Positions 1 to 12,900 of a DNA stretch of 64,000 bases are shown piece by piece. The stretch is taken from the NCBI GenBank assembly GCA_016748015.1, contig JAAOMT010000227.1, positions 286,688 to 350,687 on the forward strand, written 5' to 3'. A program made the position numbers and the translations under genes. The DNA comes from Geosiphon pyriformis uo1. Its lineage: Eukaryota; Fungi; Glomeromycota. The notes under the pieces are model-generated. The model made no database searches. It was not told the DNA's origin and saw nothing but the letters and a program-made list of their open reading frames with translations. Within the stretch, counting starts at the first letter, position 1. Every line of letters begins with the position of its first letter.

Positions 1-2333
1 TTTTTGGAGCCCAGCCTCCTCAAGTGATTGGATCGTTGGACCTTTTGGTTGAACTGCCTTTATTGTCTCTCGCACCACAGCCTGTCATTCATAAATACTT
101 TAGCTTTATACATTATAACTGATATTTTAGACAATCTTACCTTTGCATTCAGAATGGATGCCAAGATTGTTAGAACAGAAGGAAATTTTCCTGCCTTATC
201 TGGCACTTCCATCGAATCACTACGTCGAACTCGACAAATATAACCTTTTGGCTTGTCCAGATATAACATCGTCATCATCAAACCTTAAATGTTGACAATT
301 TAGTATTTTAATTAATATAAAACTTAAATGCATGAACAACATACCTCCATGAATAATGCCAACTGTTTGTATTCTGGAACATTTTTCTTCATCCCAATCC
401 ACCTTTTCCATCAATTTTATTACCATATCCTTTAGTATTTTAGGAAGCTTTAATCCTATTTCCCTAAGAAACTTTGTTCCATGACGATCTATGCAGTATC
501 TTCCTGCTTCTCCAGCCCCATACTCATCTTTTTCACCACTACCAATGGATCTTAGAATCCAGTCACTCCTATGACCAATTTTCTGCCGTACTCCTTAAAG
601 TCTTTTGTTATTTTTTCGAATGGCCGTTGCTATACTCGTACTTTCTCCCCTAATTATTTTTTTTAAACAAGTAAGAAAAAAAGTCATCAGATCTATTAAA
701 GCAAGCAATTTAAAAACTTAATACCTGACTACTGATAGTCCTTCTACATTTGAAAAACATTGGTCAACAATTATGCTCCATATGTGACAATTAAACCAAT
801 TTTCAAGATTGGTTTCTTCTAGCTTTTTACTTTCAATTTCGCTAATCCTATAAAGCAATTTTAGTTAAATTCTTATTGTAAGTTTTGCACAAAAATTACT
901 TACAGAGCATGTAGAGCAAAACATATGTAGTCGACATCATGATGTTTTTCATAGTTATAATCAGTACCAAAAGTTATCTCCTTTAAAATACTTCGGATCT
1001 CCTTTAATTCAGTCTATTACAAAAAAAAAACTTGAATACATATATATTTATCATAATGCATAATGCATTAATAAATTTTCCAAGACAATCAATAACATCC
1101 TCTGCAAGCTGAGGTACTGGTGGGATATGTGTATGAATGATTTCATCAAGTTCTCCTTTGTTGAAATGCTGCTTAATCGCCTCATCATCAACATCTATGA
1201 TGAATGAATGTGCGGCACTAATAAATAAAACTTGGTTTAGTTTTTATAATAAACCAAACTTAATTTCATGAATACTAACTGTTCATATTTTAATTTTTTT
1301 CCCAACGCATACAATTCCTCTTCGACGTATCTTCCACTTGATAACCTCCACATGCGTTTCTTTTTCATTAATTTGAATGTGTTTTGAATTTCTTGTTGAT
1401 TTTTTTTATCGAGGCGAAATGGACCAGTCTACATTATAATACAGAAGCGACAAGCAGTAATAGAAAGTATAAAAAAGTAATCAAATAAAATGAAAAGATA
1501 AAAAAAAATCAAAAACTGGAATCTGCAAAAATTACCTTGTTCTCCTTTATTAAGACTTCCTCTTCTTCGTCTTTTTCATCATCATCATTTTCTTTTTTGT
1601 TTTCTTTGTCTTCTTCGTCTTCCTCATCTTTTTCGTCTTCTTTATCTTTTTCGTCTTTTTTATCTTCTTCGTCTTCTTCATCTTCTTCGTCTTCTTTATC
1701 TTCTTTGTTATTTGCATAGTTCTGTATTTATTACAAAAAACAAATTAAGTTATGTAACAATGAAGCTAACAGATTTGCGAAAAGATTGCTAACCTTTATG
1801 GTAGCAATTTCATCAGTATTTGGTTCTCTATGATTAAACTCATCTTTGCCATCAAGTGAAAGGCGTGATCTTGCTAATTGTCTAAATGCAAATAGAATAT
1901 TACTAAACCCAAAATTTAAGAGATTTGTATAAAAATAACTACTTACAATGAATTTAAGTTTCGCTTTGTCCACGATCATCATTTTTTTATGAACTTCCAT
2001 TTTTTCTTCTTGGGCGTGAAGATCCTTCCAAAAGTTTTCAGTTGATCTTGAGCAGAGACACCTGTTGAGATTACAAAGCAACTTTTGCACCTGGTATTTT
2101 AAATTTGTATCCTCAGCTGCAATGGAATCCAGGGCTTGACGTAAAACTTCTTCAGCTTTTGCTCTAGCTGAATAGGTAAACTGACCCATTTTGAAGAATT
2201 TCACTACAGTAAAATTCCCTTTGAGAAGCTCCCGAAGAATATCGATATATTTCTATTAACACGCAGAGTAAAAAGATAGTACTGTAAACAAAAAAAATTG
2301 CAAACAAAATGATTCAACACTAACCGATGACAT
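1..2333 (-). pseudogene. Multi-exon gene for a fungal PD-(D/E)xK/REase-fold-like protein (similar to Crinkler C-terminal domains) with an acidic linker; premature stop; 3' end runs off the window
   Basis: ATG TCA TCG then GTTAGT intron (ATG at 2333-2331). Exons read KYIDILRELLKGNFTVVKFFKMGQFTYSARAKAEE..., a D/E-rich exon at ~1537-1716, ENWFNCHIWSIIVDQCF..VVR|GESTSIATAIRKN..GHRSDWILR..EYGAGEAG..KLPKILKDM..TVGIIHG|..LDKPKGYICRV. GT-AG introns throughout. In-frame TAA at 597-595. Family assigned by motif recognition only. Confidence 0.65.
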
Positions 2334-2416
2334 AGTTTATTAATATCTGAAGCTCTTGTTTTTGAGAGATACGTGTAAGTAGTAAGTAAAAGAAAAAAAT
2401 CATGAAAGTATATAGG

Positions 2417-2908
2417 TTGTCACATCAACACCAGGAAGGTCTGATGTAACTACGTCAATAGCAACACACAAAGACAGCCATAGCATCCTTGGGCTTTACA
2501 GGCGTTAAGCATTAGGTTTGACACCAGAACCTTATAAAAGTATAAGATTGTTACATCAGCACCGGGAAGGTCTGATGTAACTACGTCAATGGCAACACAC
2601 AAAGGCAGCCATAGCATCCTAGGGCTTTACAGGCATTGAGCATTAGGTTTGACAGCAGAACCTTATAAAAGTATAAGATTGTTACATCAGCACCGGGAAG
2701 GTCTGATGTAACTACCTTAAGGGCAACACACAAAGGCAGCCATAGCATCCTTGGGCTTTACAGGCATTGAGCATTAGGTTTGAAACCAGAACCTTATAAA
2801 AGTATAAGATTGTCACATCAGCACCGGGAAGGTCTGATGTAACTATCTCAATGGCAACACACAGAGGCAGCCGTAGTATTCTCGAGCACTAGGTTTGAAA
2901 CCAGAGCC
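2417..2908. repeat. 131-bp tandem repeat, ~3.7 copies, with internal hairpins
   Basis: ACATCA(A/G)CACC recurs at 2422, 2553, 2684 and 2815. Units contain GT(T/C)ACATCAG..CTGATGTAAC and CTTATA-AAAG-TATAAG inverted repeats. Confidence 0.95.
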
Positions 2909-3350
2909 TATACATCTTTCGAAAGCTGATAAGCATCTATGAGACAACTTACCATGTGAGTCAGAAGTTGAAAGCGACGCGAACGTGAAAAAAATGAAAA
3001 AGTGAGTATTTCATTTGGATGTAGTGCGCGACTATACTCTTTTGTTGATATATCAAAATCCATTGTTTTTATTAGCAGAATTTATACTGATAGATAAAAG
3101 ATCTTCAGAATGGATCTTTTATCTATCAGTATAAATTTTGCTAATAAAAAATGCTTGACTAGATAATGGATTTGAAATATCAACAAAAGAGTATAGTCGC
3201 GTCAGCCAGAGGCGACGTACACTACTACACATCCAAATGAAATTCTTATTTTTTCATTTTTTCATTTTTTTCACGTTCGCGTCGCTTTCAACTTCTGACT
3301 CACATGGTAAGTTGTCTCATAGATGCTTATCAGCTTTCGAAAGATGTATA

Positions 3351-3842
3351 GGTTCTGGTTTCAAACCTAGTGCTCGAGAATACTACGGCTGCCTCTGTGT
3401 GTTGCCATTGAGATAGTTACATCAGACCTTTCTGGTGCTGATGTGACAATCTTATACTTTCATGAGGTTCTGGTTTCAAACCTAATGCTCACTGCCTGTA
3501 AAGCCCAAGGATGCTATGGCTGCCTTTGTGTGTTGCCCTTAAGGTAGTTACATCAGACCTTCCCGGTGCTGATGTAACAATCTTATACTTTTATAAGGTT
3601 CTGGTGTCAAACCTAATGCTCAATGCCTGTAAAGCCCTAGGATGCTATGGCTGCCTTTGTGTGTTGCCATTGACGTAGTTACATCAGACCTTCCCGGTGC
3701 TGATGTAACAATCTTATACTTTTATAAGGTTCTGGTGTCAACCCTAATGCTTAACGCCTGTAAAGCCCAAGGATGCTATGGCTGCCTTTGTGTGTTGCTA
3801 TTGAAGTAGTTACATCAGACCTTCCTGGTGTTGATGTGACAA
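3351..3842. repeat. Mirror copy of the 131-bp tandem array in the right palindrome arm
   Basis: Reverse complement of 2417-2908 with the same unit-specific variants in the same order. Confidence 0.95.
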
Positions 3843-3924
3843 CCTTTACACTTTCATGATTTTTTTCTTTTACTTACTACTTACACGTATCTCTCAAAAC
3901 AAAAGCTTCAGATATTAATAAATT

Positions 3925-4966
3925 ATGTCATCGGTTAGTGTTGAATCATTTTGTTTGCAATTTTTTTTGTTTATAGTACTATCTTTTTACTCTGTGTGTT
4001 AATAGAAATATACCGATATTCTTCGGGAGATTTTCAAAGGGAATTTTACTGTGGTGAAATTCTTCAAAATGGGTCAGTTTACCTATTCAGCTAGAGCAAA
4101 AGCTGAAGAAGTTTTACGTCAAGCCCTGGATTCCATTGCAGCTGAGGATACAAATTTAAAATACCAGGTGCAAAAGTTGCTTTGTAATCTCAACAGGTGT
4201 CTCTGTTCAAGATCAACTGAAAACTTTTGAAAGGATCTTCACGCCCAAGAAAAAATAAAGAAAGTGAGACAAAAAAGGAAGTTTATAAAAAAATGATGAT
4301 CGTGGACAAAGCGAAACTTAAATTGATTGTAAGTAGTTATTTTATACATATCTCTTAAATTTTGGGTTTAGTAATATTCTATTTGCATTTTAGATAATTA
4401 GCAAGATCACGCCTTCACTTGATGGCAAAGATGGGTTTAATCTTGGAGGACCAAATAATGGTGAAATTGCTGTCATGAAGGTTAGCAATCTCTTTGGAAA
4501 TCCGTTAGCTTCACTGTTACATAACTTAATCTGTTTTTTTTTAATAAATACAGAACTATGCAAATAACAAAGAAGGTAAGGAAGATGATGAAAAAGATAA
4601 AGAAGACGAAAAAGATGAAGAAGACGAAAAAGATGAGGAAGACGAAGAAGACAAAGAAAACAAAAAAGATAATGATGATGATGAAAAAGACGAAGAGAGG
4701 AAGTCTTAATAAAGGAGAACAAGGTAATTTTTGCAGATTCCAGTTTTTTTTGTTTTTTTATCTTTTCATTTTATTTGACTACTTTCTATTACTGTTTTTC
4801 GCTTCTGTATTTTAATGTAGACTGGTCCGTTTTGCCTCGATAAAAAAAATCAATAAGAAATCCAGAACACATTCAAATTAATGAAAAAGAAACGCATGTG
4901 GAGGTTATCAAGTTGAAGATGCGTCGAAGAGGAATTGTATACATTGGGAAAAAAATTAAAATATGA
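3925..4966 (+). pseudogene. Truncated inverted duplicate of the 5' half of the REase-like gene
   Basis: ATG TCA TCG gttagt at 3925; MGQFTYSARAKAEE exon; TGG>TGA stop near 4228; acidic exon at ~4555-4722. Homology ends at 4966, before the putative nuclease exons. Confidence 0.8.
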
Positions 4967-5014
4967 GAGGACTTTATGAAAATAATTTGCGGTAACTCGG
5001 GAAAGAATAATATT

Positions 5015-5540
5015 TTAATCAGAATTATACTCATTTGCTCCATAAACTCTATTGAAATGCACAATATTCAATGAATTAACTTCTCTTGAAGATAAATGTG
5101 AAAGCCAAAAGCCCAAATTTACAATCCGATTCAATCCGAAAAGTCGCAAGCGATGCCCAGTCACCCTTTTTGGACATTGTCTACGAACCTCGGCCATTGT
5201 CTCTTCCTCATTTTGATACTTTGTAATGCGAAACCTTTCGGCAAAATTAGACGCAAAGAAAACGGAACTAGAACTTAATAAATATTCTTTTGGAGTGTGA
5301 CTATGGGAAGAGTTAGATGAGACTGATGAAGGGGTTTAAGATAATCAATGTGGATCGGTTCGGAGCCAACCGGAAAACAAAATTCGTCTTCTTCATCGAC
5401 TACTTTAGTAATTATTGTCGGTTGATGATCATCTAATACGGATGTAAAAGGAGCTGGTTTCTGAAATAGCTCTGAATGTTCAAAAGTAAATATAGGCTGA
5501 AGAGTCGACACGACAAGAGGTATGCGCTTCTCTTTGACCT
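5015..5540 (-). other. Possible fragment of an unidentified coding sequence
   Basis: GC content is higher than the flanks and CpGs are retained; short ORFs 5275-5511 and 5015-5197 are on the same strand. No recognisable motif. Confidence 0.25.
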
Positions 5541-8500
5541 AGATATATAAGATGAACTTGGTAATACTCGCTCAAAATATCAAAACAAATCAGGTTAAAC
5601 TGGCTGTTTTTATTTCAAAACATAAGAAATACAGAACTTAACAACTTAAAAAATCGGTTTTACGTATATAACAAAAGATTATGTATCTACAAAATAGAAT
5701 TTATAAATTTTAAGTTTTATAAAATTTTAAATAAATTAGTTTAATATTATATTTTGAGAAAAAAATTACACAATTGCTTAAACTACAAGAAAAAAACTCA
5801 AAATCTAATATTAAAAATTATTATATTTAGTATAATAGCTTTATAATTATTATAAACGTTTTTTCTATTTTCAGATTTTTTTGGAAAAATTAACAACTGA
5901 GTTTTTGAAATTAATTATATTTATTGAAGTGTTCACTTATTTCATTAATTTTACATTGTTTTTAGTTTCTCGTTTATCTGTTATCTATTTGAACCAAAAA
6001 TTAGCATAAGATTATTCTTATTATCTTATTATTTATATTAATTATTTTTGTCTTTTATTTTATCAATAACTCAATAGCAATTTACATATACAATTAAATA
6101 TTATATTTAAGTCATGTATTATTTCAAACTACATAACAATAAATATTTTAAAAATTTGTCAAAAATTTTGCAAAAAATAATACTCAAAAAGTGCATTTTA
6201 TAATAATTAAGAAGTTTAGATATTTTTAAAAAATACAATTTACTAATACAAATCTCTTTTATTTAAAAATAAAATCAACAAAAATATTTTTTCAATATTT
6301 TCATTACACTATAAATTAATAACTAATATTAATGCAGTTAAAACTAATTTAATTTAAATTTCTTAATCTTATAACAAAATTTTCAATAATTATATTAAGA
6401 TAATTAAATAAACCAAAATTTTAAGGTTTTGTGTTTGGTTTAGGCAAATTTTTTTTAATTTGAAACAAAAATAAAATTTGTAATTTTGAGCAAAAGAAAA
6501 AAATCACTAAGTAATTTTTGTTGTTTCAATGGCATATTAAATGATCAAAATTTTCATAAATAGTTACATTCAAAATCTTCTTTTCTTATGCTTGCTGTTT
6601 CGATGTCATGATTCTAAAGAATTCAAATGAAATAAATAATTAATTTCAAAATAATTTCACAAATCAAAAAACTAAAAATAAGTACATTTACCTATTTTAA
6701 ATTGCCAAATATTTACTTAATGGTTTCATATTACTGTGCACCCATCACAAAATTATAATCAACGATAAAAAAATTAATAATATTGTAACTTTGCAGAGAT
6801 AATTTGCTTTATTATTATTAAATAATAAGTTATAAGTCATAGAAATTTTTAAGTTACAATAAAGCTAGATAGTTTTTATAAAAAATATTTGTATTCAAAT
6901 GAAAAAATTAATGAAAATTCACAAAAGGCAGCACTCATTCTTTCATTACCTCATTTCATTCAATCTTAGCATTTTTTGGAAAACATTGTTAATTATTAAA
7001 ATATACTATAATATTTATTGTAGCAGGCCAGAAAGTATTGTTTGGTAAAACAGTAGCAGTAAACCTAATTTGAAATATTCCATAAGTTATTTAGTCTCCA
7101 TATGATTACATAATTTTACAGTGAGTAGATTCTAACAATTAATGATCTGTCATAATACAGGATAATATTACTATTATACACCGTGTTATACTTTAATACG
7201 GTTCCACTTTGCAGAAATGATATTGGAATTCCAATTTTATTGTTAGTTTCAACTTTCCTTTTCCATAGGCCAAATAATATTCTCTAGCACTATGCATTTC
7301 TATTGAAGTCTGTATAAATCAGTCCACCATATTTTTTGTTCGAAGTTTGCAGATCGACTCAATCTAAGATTTCTAATAATTGCATACATTTAGAGTAGAT
7401 ATTGTTCGAGTCCAGTGTGAGTCACCATGAGACATGCCATTATGATGAATTATAGTTACTCTATATGCAATACCAAATGCTATTTGCAATTTATGAGGCT
7501 AATGGGGAGAATAAATATTTTAATAATGAGCCTTATTTTAAGTCGATATCCGACGGAAGTAAATTAATTAAAGGATTTTAAAATAATTGATAAAATTTAA
7601 TTCTCTAATTGAGAAGCCTATCAAACAAATTAATTAATATGAATTTTATTAGCTTTAGTCTTAGATTTTTAATATTCTCTTGATGAAATTAATTATGTTC
7701 ATATTTCATTCAAGATTTTCTTTTTAGGAAATCATTGCTTAAAACTCTAAACTCAAAATGGTGATTATAACCCCTGGGAAGAATTTCACAATGAGCTGGA
7801 GATGGTATCATCAATTTTTATGCCTAAAACAGTATTAACAGCTATATTGAATACAAAAAATAACCATATTATTCATTTATCTTCTTTCTATTTCAATATA
7901 AAATAGAAATTAGAGTTTAAATTCTAAATAGTGCTAGAAAAATAAAATTAAGTAACACTCTAAATAATTATTATTCTTCGAAAATTGCACTATGAAAAAC
8001 TAATAAATGATTGAATTTTAAGACTGTTACTAGTTAAATATCTTTATTTAATACCCGGTATATGGTATCATTGAAGAAATAACGATATAAATATATTTTA
8101 TTCATGTTTCATCAATAAGAAATAATTGATTAGATTTCGCTGTAAAACAATAAAAAGTATGAACAAGTTTATTATAATTTATTTCAAATTTTTTATTTAT
8201 AAATTTGAAAATATTTATAATTTTATGAATATATTAAAAATTATTTTGAATAAATTTTCTTATGAAATTTTAAATTTGGTTGAAGAAATATATAAATAAA
8301 CAAAACTTTAGATTTAAGTGTCAGGTATAATTTTTTATTATAAATAAAACATATAACTAAATAGTAATTTTTGAAATTTAATTTTTATTTCCTAATTAGA
8401 AATATCTTAATTTCATGCCTTTTTTAATAATTAACACAAAACTTGAGTTTATTGACTACATTTAAATACTTTTTTAAAAAATCTGTGCTCATTTAACTAA

Positions 8501-9637
8501 AAAAATTAATTAACTTATAGAAACCAAAAGCCGTAATAAAGTTGGATCAATCAATTAATCAATATAAATATTAATAATTAATTCAAAAAGAAGATAAAAA
8601 ATGATTTTTATCAAATACACATCAAAATTGATAATTTATTTCTAGATTATAATTAAAAGATGATAATTATGTATTTTTAAATTAATAATATTCTTTAACA
8701 TTTTAGTGTTATTATTTTTAAAATAAAAAACTTGAAATTTTTTTTTAATTATTATTTAACTTGCAAATTAATAAATTTAAGTCTGAAACTAAAAAATTTA
8801 TAAAAATAAAATTATTTTATTTAAGAAAATTCACAAATATTTAATTCGAATAATTAAAAAAATAAAAGAGATTTAACAAGCAGTACTAGTAATTTAAAAT
8901 TTTTCTTTAAATTAGAAAAATAAAAATAAAAATAATAAAAGTGAATTAAATTGCTAATATTTAGATGATTAAATTACTTTTCTATAGCTTTGAAAAGGTT
9001 TATTTATATATTATCAATAGTTTAGTCAATAATCAAATTAACAATTGGAGTAAAAATATAATTAATAGCCAAATTATTAATCAAATTAATAAAAATATTA
9101 ATAATTAATGCTAAAAATAAAGTGGTCAAAGTATGTAATATTAATAACTAATATAATTAAAAATAAATTTTATAAAAAAAAGAAAATCTATTTAAATATA
9201 CAAATTTTTTAAGGCTTAAATTCAATTTAGAAAAGAGTAAAAATATACACAAACAAATAAACTTTCAATTAGATAAAATAATAGTTAAAAAAACATAATT
9301 AAATATTTTTAAATTATTATTATAATATTTCTATATTATTAAGTGTAAAATAATTTGTTAACAACAATGCTTAACACTATTTGTTTAAGCTTATATTTGA
9401 TAAAATATACTATTAATATATATTTGAATGTATTTAAAACAATTCTTAGTCTTAATGAATCTTAAAATGGTACAAAAAAAGCAGAAATACAAGTTTTTGG
9501 TTTGTTATAACATGTTATGAATTTCAAAAAAAAAAAAAAAAAAATTTTATCATTTAGATACTTTTATTATCATAATACAAGTGGTGTTTAACATCATTTT
9601 TTTTTGATGAATTGAGTTAATTTAACATTAATTCTTA

Positions 9638-9917
9638 ATTAATGAGACAAACTATATTAGTATTAAGCTTTTATCAATAAAACAAACTAAGTTAGTGTCA
9701 AGCTTCTATTGATAAGACAGGCTAAATTAGTATCAAGTTTTTATTGATAAGACAGACTAAGTTAGTATTGAGTTTTTATTGACAGAACAAATTAGATTAA
9801 TATCAAATCTTTATTAATAAAACAAACTAGGTTAATATTAAGCTTTTATTGACAGAACAAACTAAGTTAACATTAACTCTCTATCAATAAAACAAACTAG
9901 ATTAATATTGGATCTTT
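9638..9917. repeat. Degenerate 35-bp minisatellite, 8 copies
   Basis: Units start at 9638, 9673, 9708, 9743, 9778, 9813, 9848 and 9883 (e.g. attgataagacagactaagttagtattgagttttt). No indels; differences are almost all transitions. Confidence 0.9.
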
Positions 9918-12900
9918 AGTGATAAATAATTTTATGTTATCATGGACAAATAATTTGTCTGCACACAAAATTTGAATTCTAAATTGGTTAAATGCTTAAA
10001 TTTTTATGTCTTTTTTTTTGGAACATCTAGTTTTCTTTAATTTTAAACTCAAAAATTTTTTATATATAAAAACTTTTAAATATTTTAATTAAGCCCAATT
10101 ATTAAACATAAAAATTTTTCTTATAAATATAAAAAATATTTTGAGTGTTTATTAATTTATTTTTTGTAAAAATTAAATAAATATTTGTAATTTTTTTTAA
10201 AATTTATTTATTATTTATTATTTATTATTTATTATTTATTATTTATATAAAATGAGTATACACACATACTTTTAACAAATCTAATCCTAAAGCTATAGAT
10301 TTTTTGACTTTTATTGTTACCAACAGAATTAAAATAACTTTACTTGTAATTCTGATCTGAGATTTTTAATCTTCATAAATGTCTTAAATTTATGATTAAG
10401 TATTAAGTAGACAATATTAAACAAGCTGCTAAATATTTGCTATAAAAGAATAAAAGAAGTTATATCTAAACTTTTTGTTTTTGTTGCTGTTAACAAATTA
10501 GCAGCCAATAATAATTAAGGAATATTTATAAGTAAAAAGGCTTATGTCATAACAAAGAGAAATATCAATGTGGTTGCAAATGTAATGGAAAACACTAAAG
10601 TAAATCTAATATAGAGAGTTCAAATTTGATTAGATTATTATTAAAGAATTAATACTTATGTTTTGTTTCTATTATTATTATTGTTTTAGATGGTTTTTAA
10701 ATTGCATCTAAATATGGATAAAAATAATTAAAAATACTACAGCCTAATAAATAACAAATTAAAGATTAATGTTCATGTTTTTTTAATGAAGTATATTATT
10801 CTAAAAAAGTAAAATTTGTTGGAATGTATTTTAAAATATTATTTAATTGAGTTTTAATGTGAGTAAAGTTTGTCTAAACAGAAATATGTTCTTCTATCTT
10901 AAATGAAAATTTAACTCATAAATAATATTTTTCTTTTAAATCAATTTAAACCAATAACAAAATTAAATACCAATTGTTTACTTATTTTTGTATTTGTTTT
11001 TAACAGATTTTTATTGTAATTTTTTATTTTTATAATAGAACTTCAAACTAGAAAATAGTTAATATATTAGATTTTGCTGTAATTTTCAAGTTTTTATTAG
11101 AAAAAATTGTTAAAGTAAAAGTTATTTTTGTCTTTATACTCAAAAAAAAATACCTTTAAATGTTCTAAAAAATAAAATAGTAACATGAAAAAAGGTTTTC
11201 TCAATTTTGTAATATGTACTTGGTTGTTCAGCTTGCTAGAATCAATTAAAAATTGTTGGTAATCTTGTTAAATTAACAAAATCTAAGGAGCAATACAAAA
11301 AGTTCAGAAAATTTTAAATAGTTTAAAAAAAAAACATGATTAAAATTGGTTTAACAATTAAGTACCAGCTTTATTAAACAATTTAAAAAAAAAACTGCTA
11401 AAAAAATGATTTTTATTATGTTTTTAAATTGTTTTATTATGTGTAAATTTATTTTATTAGCATATTTATTGCTCTTATTGATATACAAACTTTTGAATAC
11501 TATTTTTATTATGACTTTTATAAATGCAAATAAATTAATTCTTTAGTATTATAATTTTGAGCAAAATATAAATGTATTTGTTTAAATCATATTATTAATT
11601 AAAATTTGTAAGCAATTTTTTTGTGCTTGTTAATTTTGTAATTATTATTTATTTATTTATATTTTTTAGCTTAATTAGTAAAAAAATAGTATTTTAAACA
11701 TAATAAAATTATTATGCAAATTTTCTATATTTATTTAACATTTTGAAAAAATATTTTATAAACTAAATATTTAAAATCTTAATTTTTATAAAATTTTACT
11801 TATTAAGACTATTTTTTAACAGTATTATATTTTTTTTAAATAAGTTTTGAAATTAAGAATTTTTTTTATATAAATACATAAGCTTTAAAACATATTAAAC
11901 ATTTTTAAAATTAGTACTAAACATCTTCATAAAGCTTTTAATATTAAAATTTGTTTTTTTTTGTTTTTTATTTGCACAAGTTTTGTTGTTTATATAAGTC
12001 TAAAAAAGTTTTATTTTTCAGACTATAATAAAAACTGATTATTTAATTCGAGTTTTACTAATTTTTAATTTAAAAATAATAACTGATTATCTAGTAAAAT
12101 AAGACTTTTAAAATCTGTTTATTCATAAATAACATTGATGAAAATACATTTTAGAATTAATAAAACTTACATTTAAAAATAAAATTCTATATGGTAATAT
12201 TTAAGTATATTTTAAAATAAATAACATCATTATGAAAATGCTCAATGATAAAATTTATTAATTATATACATATACTATTAATTTTAAATCTATAAAATAG
12301 TAATTAAGTAAAAAAATTTTTTTAAAGACTATATTAAAATGATTAATAAGCAAAAATTTCAATAAATTTTTTAAATAAATATTAGCTAGCTTACTTACTT
12401 TGTTGTTATGTTTTTGGCAAATAAATTAAAAAATAATATGAAATTAAAGTTGTGTTTTTATTATTACATAAATATTGATAAAATTTAGTTTTAGAAAAAA
12501 AAATAACTTAATTTAACTAAATATTTCAATGAAAAATTTTTAGTAGATAGATCAAGAATATTAAAACAAATTATAATATTATTCAAATATAAAAAAAATT
12601 TATTAAATATTTTTGGCTTTAGAATTTAATTTTTTCAATTTAAATTAATTTTTTGTTATTTTTATAAAAAAAATATAATTTAAGACAATAAAAATTAATT
12701 TTTAACATTTTTTTTAACTCTTTAACATTATTATTAAAATTATATTTCACAAAAATAATATTGATTATAGCTTTTTACAACCAGTTTTTTGAAATTTGGT
12801 GTTGTAAGTATGTTATACTTTTTTGGCTCCATTTTTGCAGTAGAATGAAACATAGCACAATTTGGTCTAAAATGCATTAAAGATAACAAAAAGTGTGTTA

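Larger units (their letters stand above)
1283..4966. repeat. Large inverted duplication (palindrome): arms 1283-3103 and 3113-4966, 9-nt spacer TTCAGAATG
   Basis: Centre reads ...tttatactgatagataaaagatc-ttcagaatg-gatcttttatctatcagtataaa.... Reverse-complement match continues out to tcatattttaatttttttccca (1283) / tgggaaaaaaattaaaatatga (4966), with scattered substitutions and small indels. Confidence 0.95.

Noticed and set aside
1537-1719. Ser/Phe-rich ORF (and the Lys-rich or His/Leu-rich ORFs at 4390-4815)
   Set aside because: These are antisense or off-frame shadows of the acidic D/E-rich exon.
2440-2845. Hammerhead ribozyme in the 131-bp unit (CTGATG motif)
   Set aside because: The motif is CUGAUGU rather than CUGANGA, it is buried in a stem, and there is no correctly placed GAAA core.
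2417-3842. CRISPR-like array next to a nuclease-like gene
   Set aside because: Units are near-identical along their whole length with no unique spacers, there are no cas genes, and the context is eukaryotic.
1283-4966. Palindrome as an amplification or assembly chimera
   Set aside because: The arms differ by many substitutions and several indels, whereas a chimera would be essentially identical. Long-read confirmation is still advisable.
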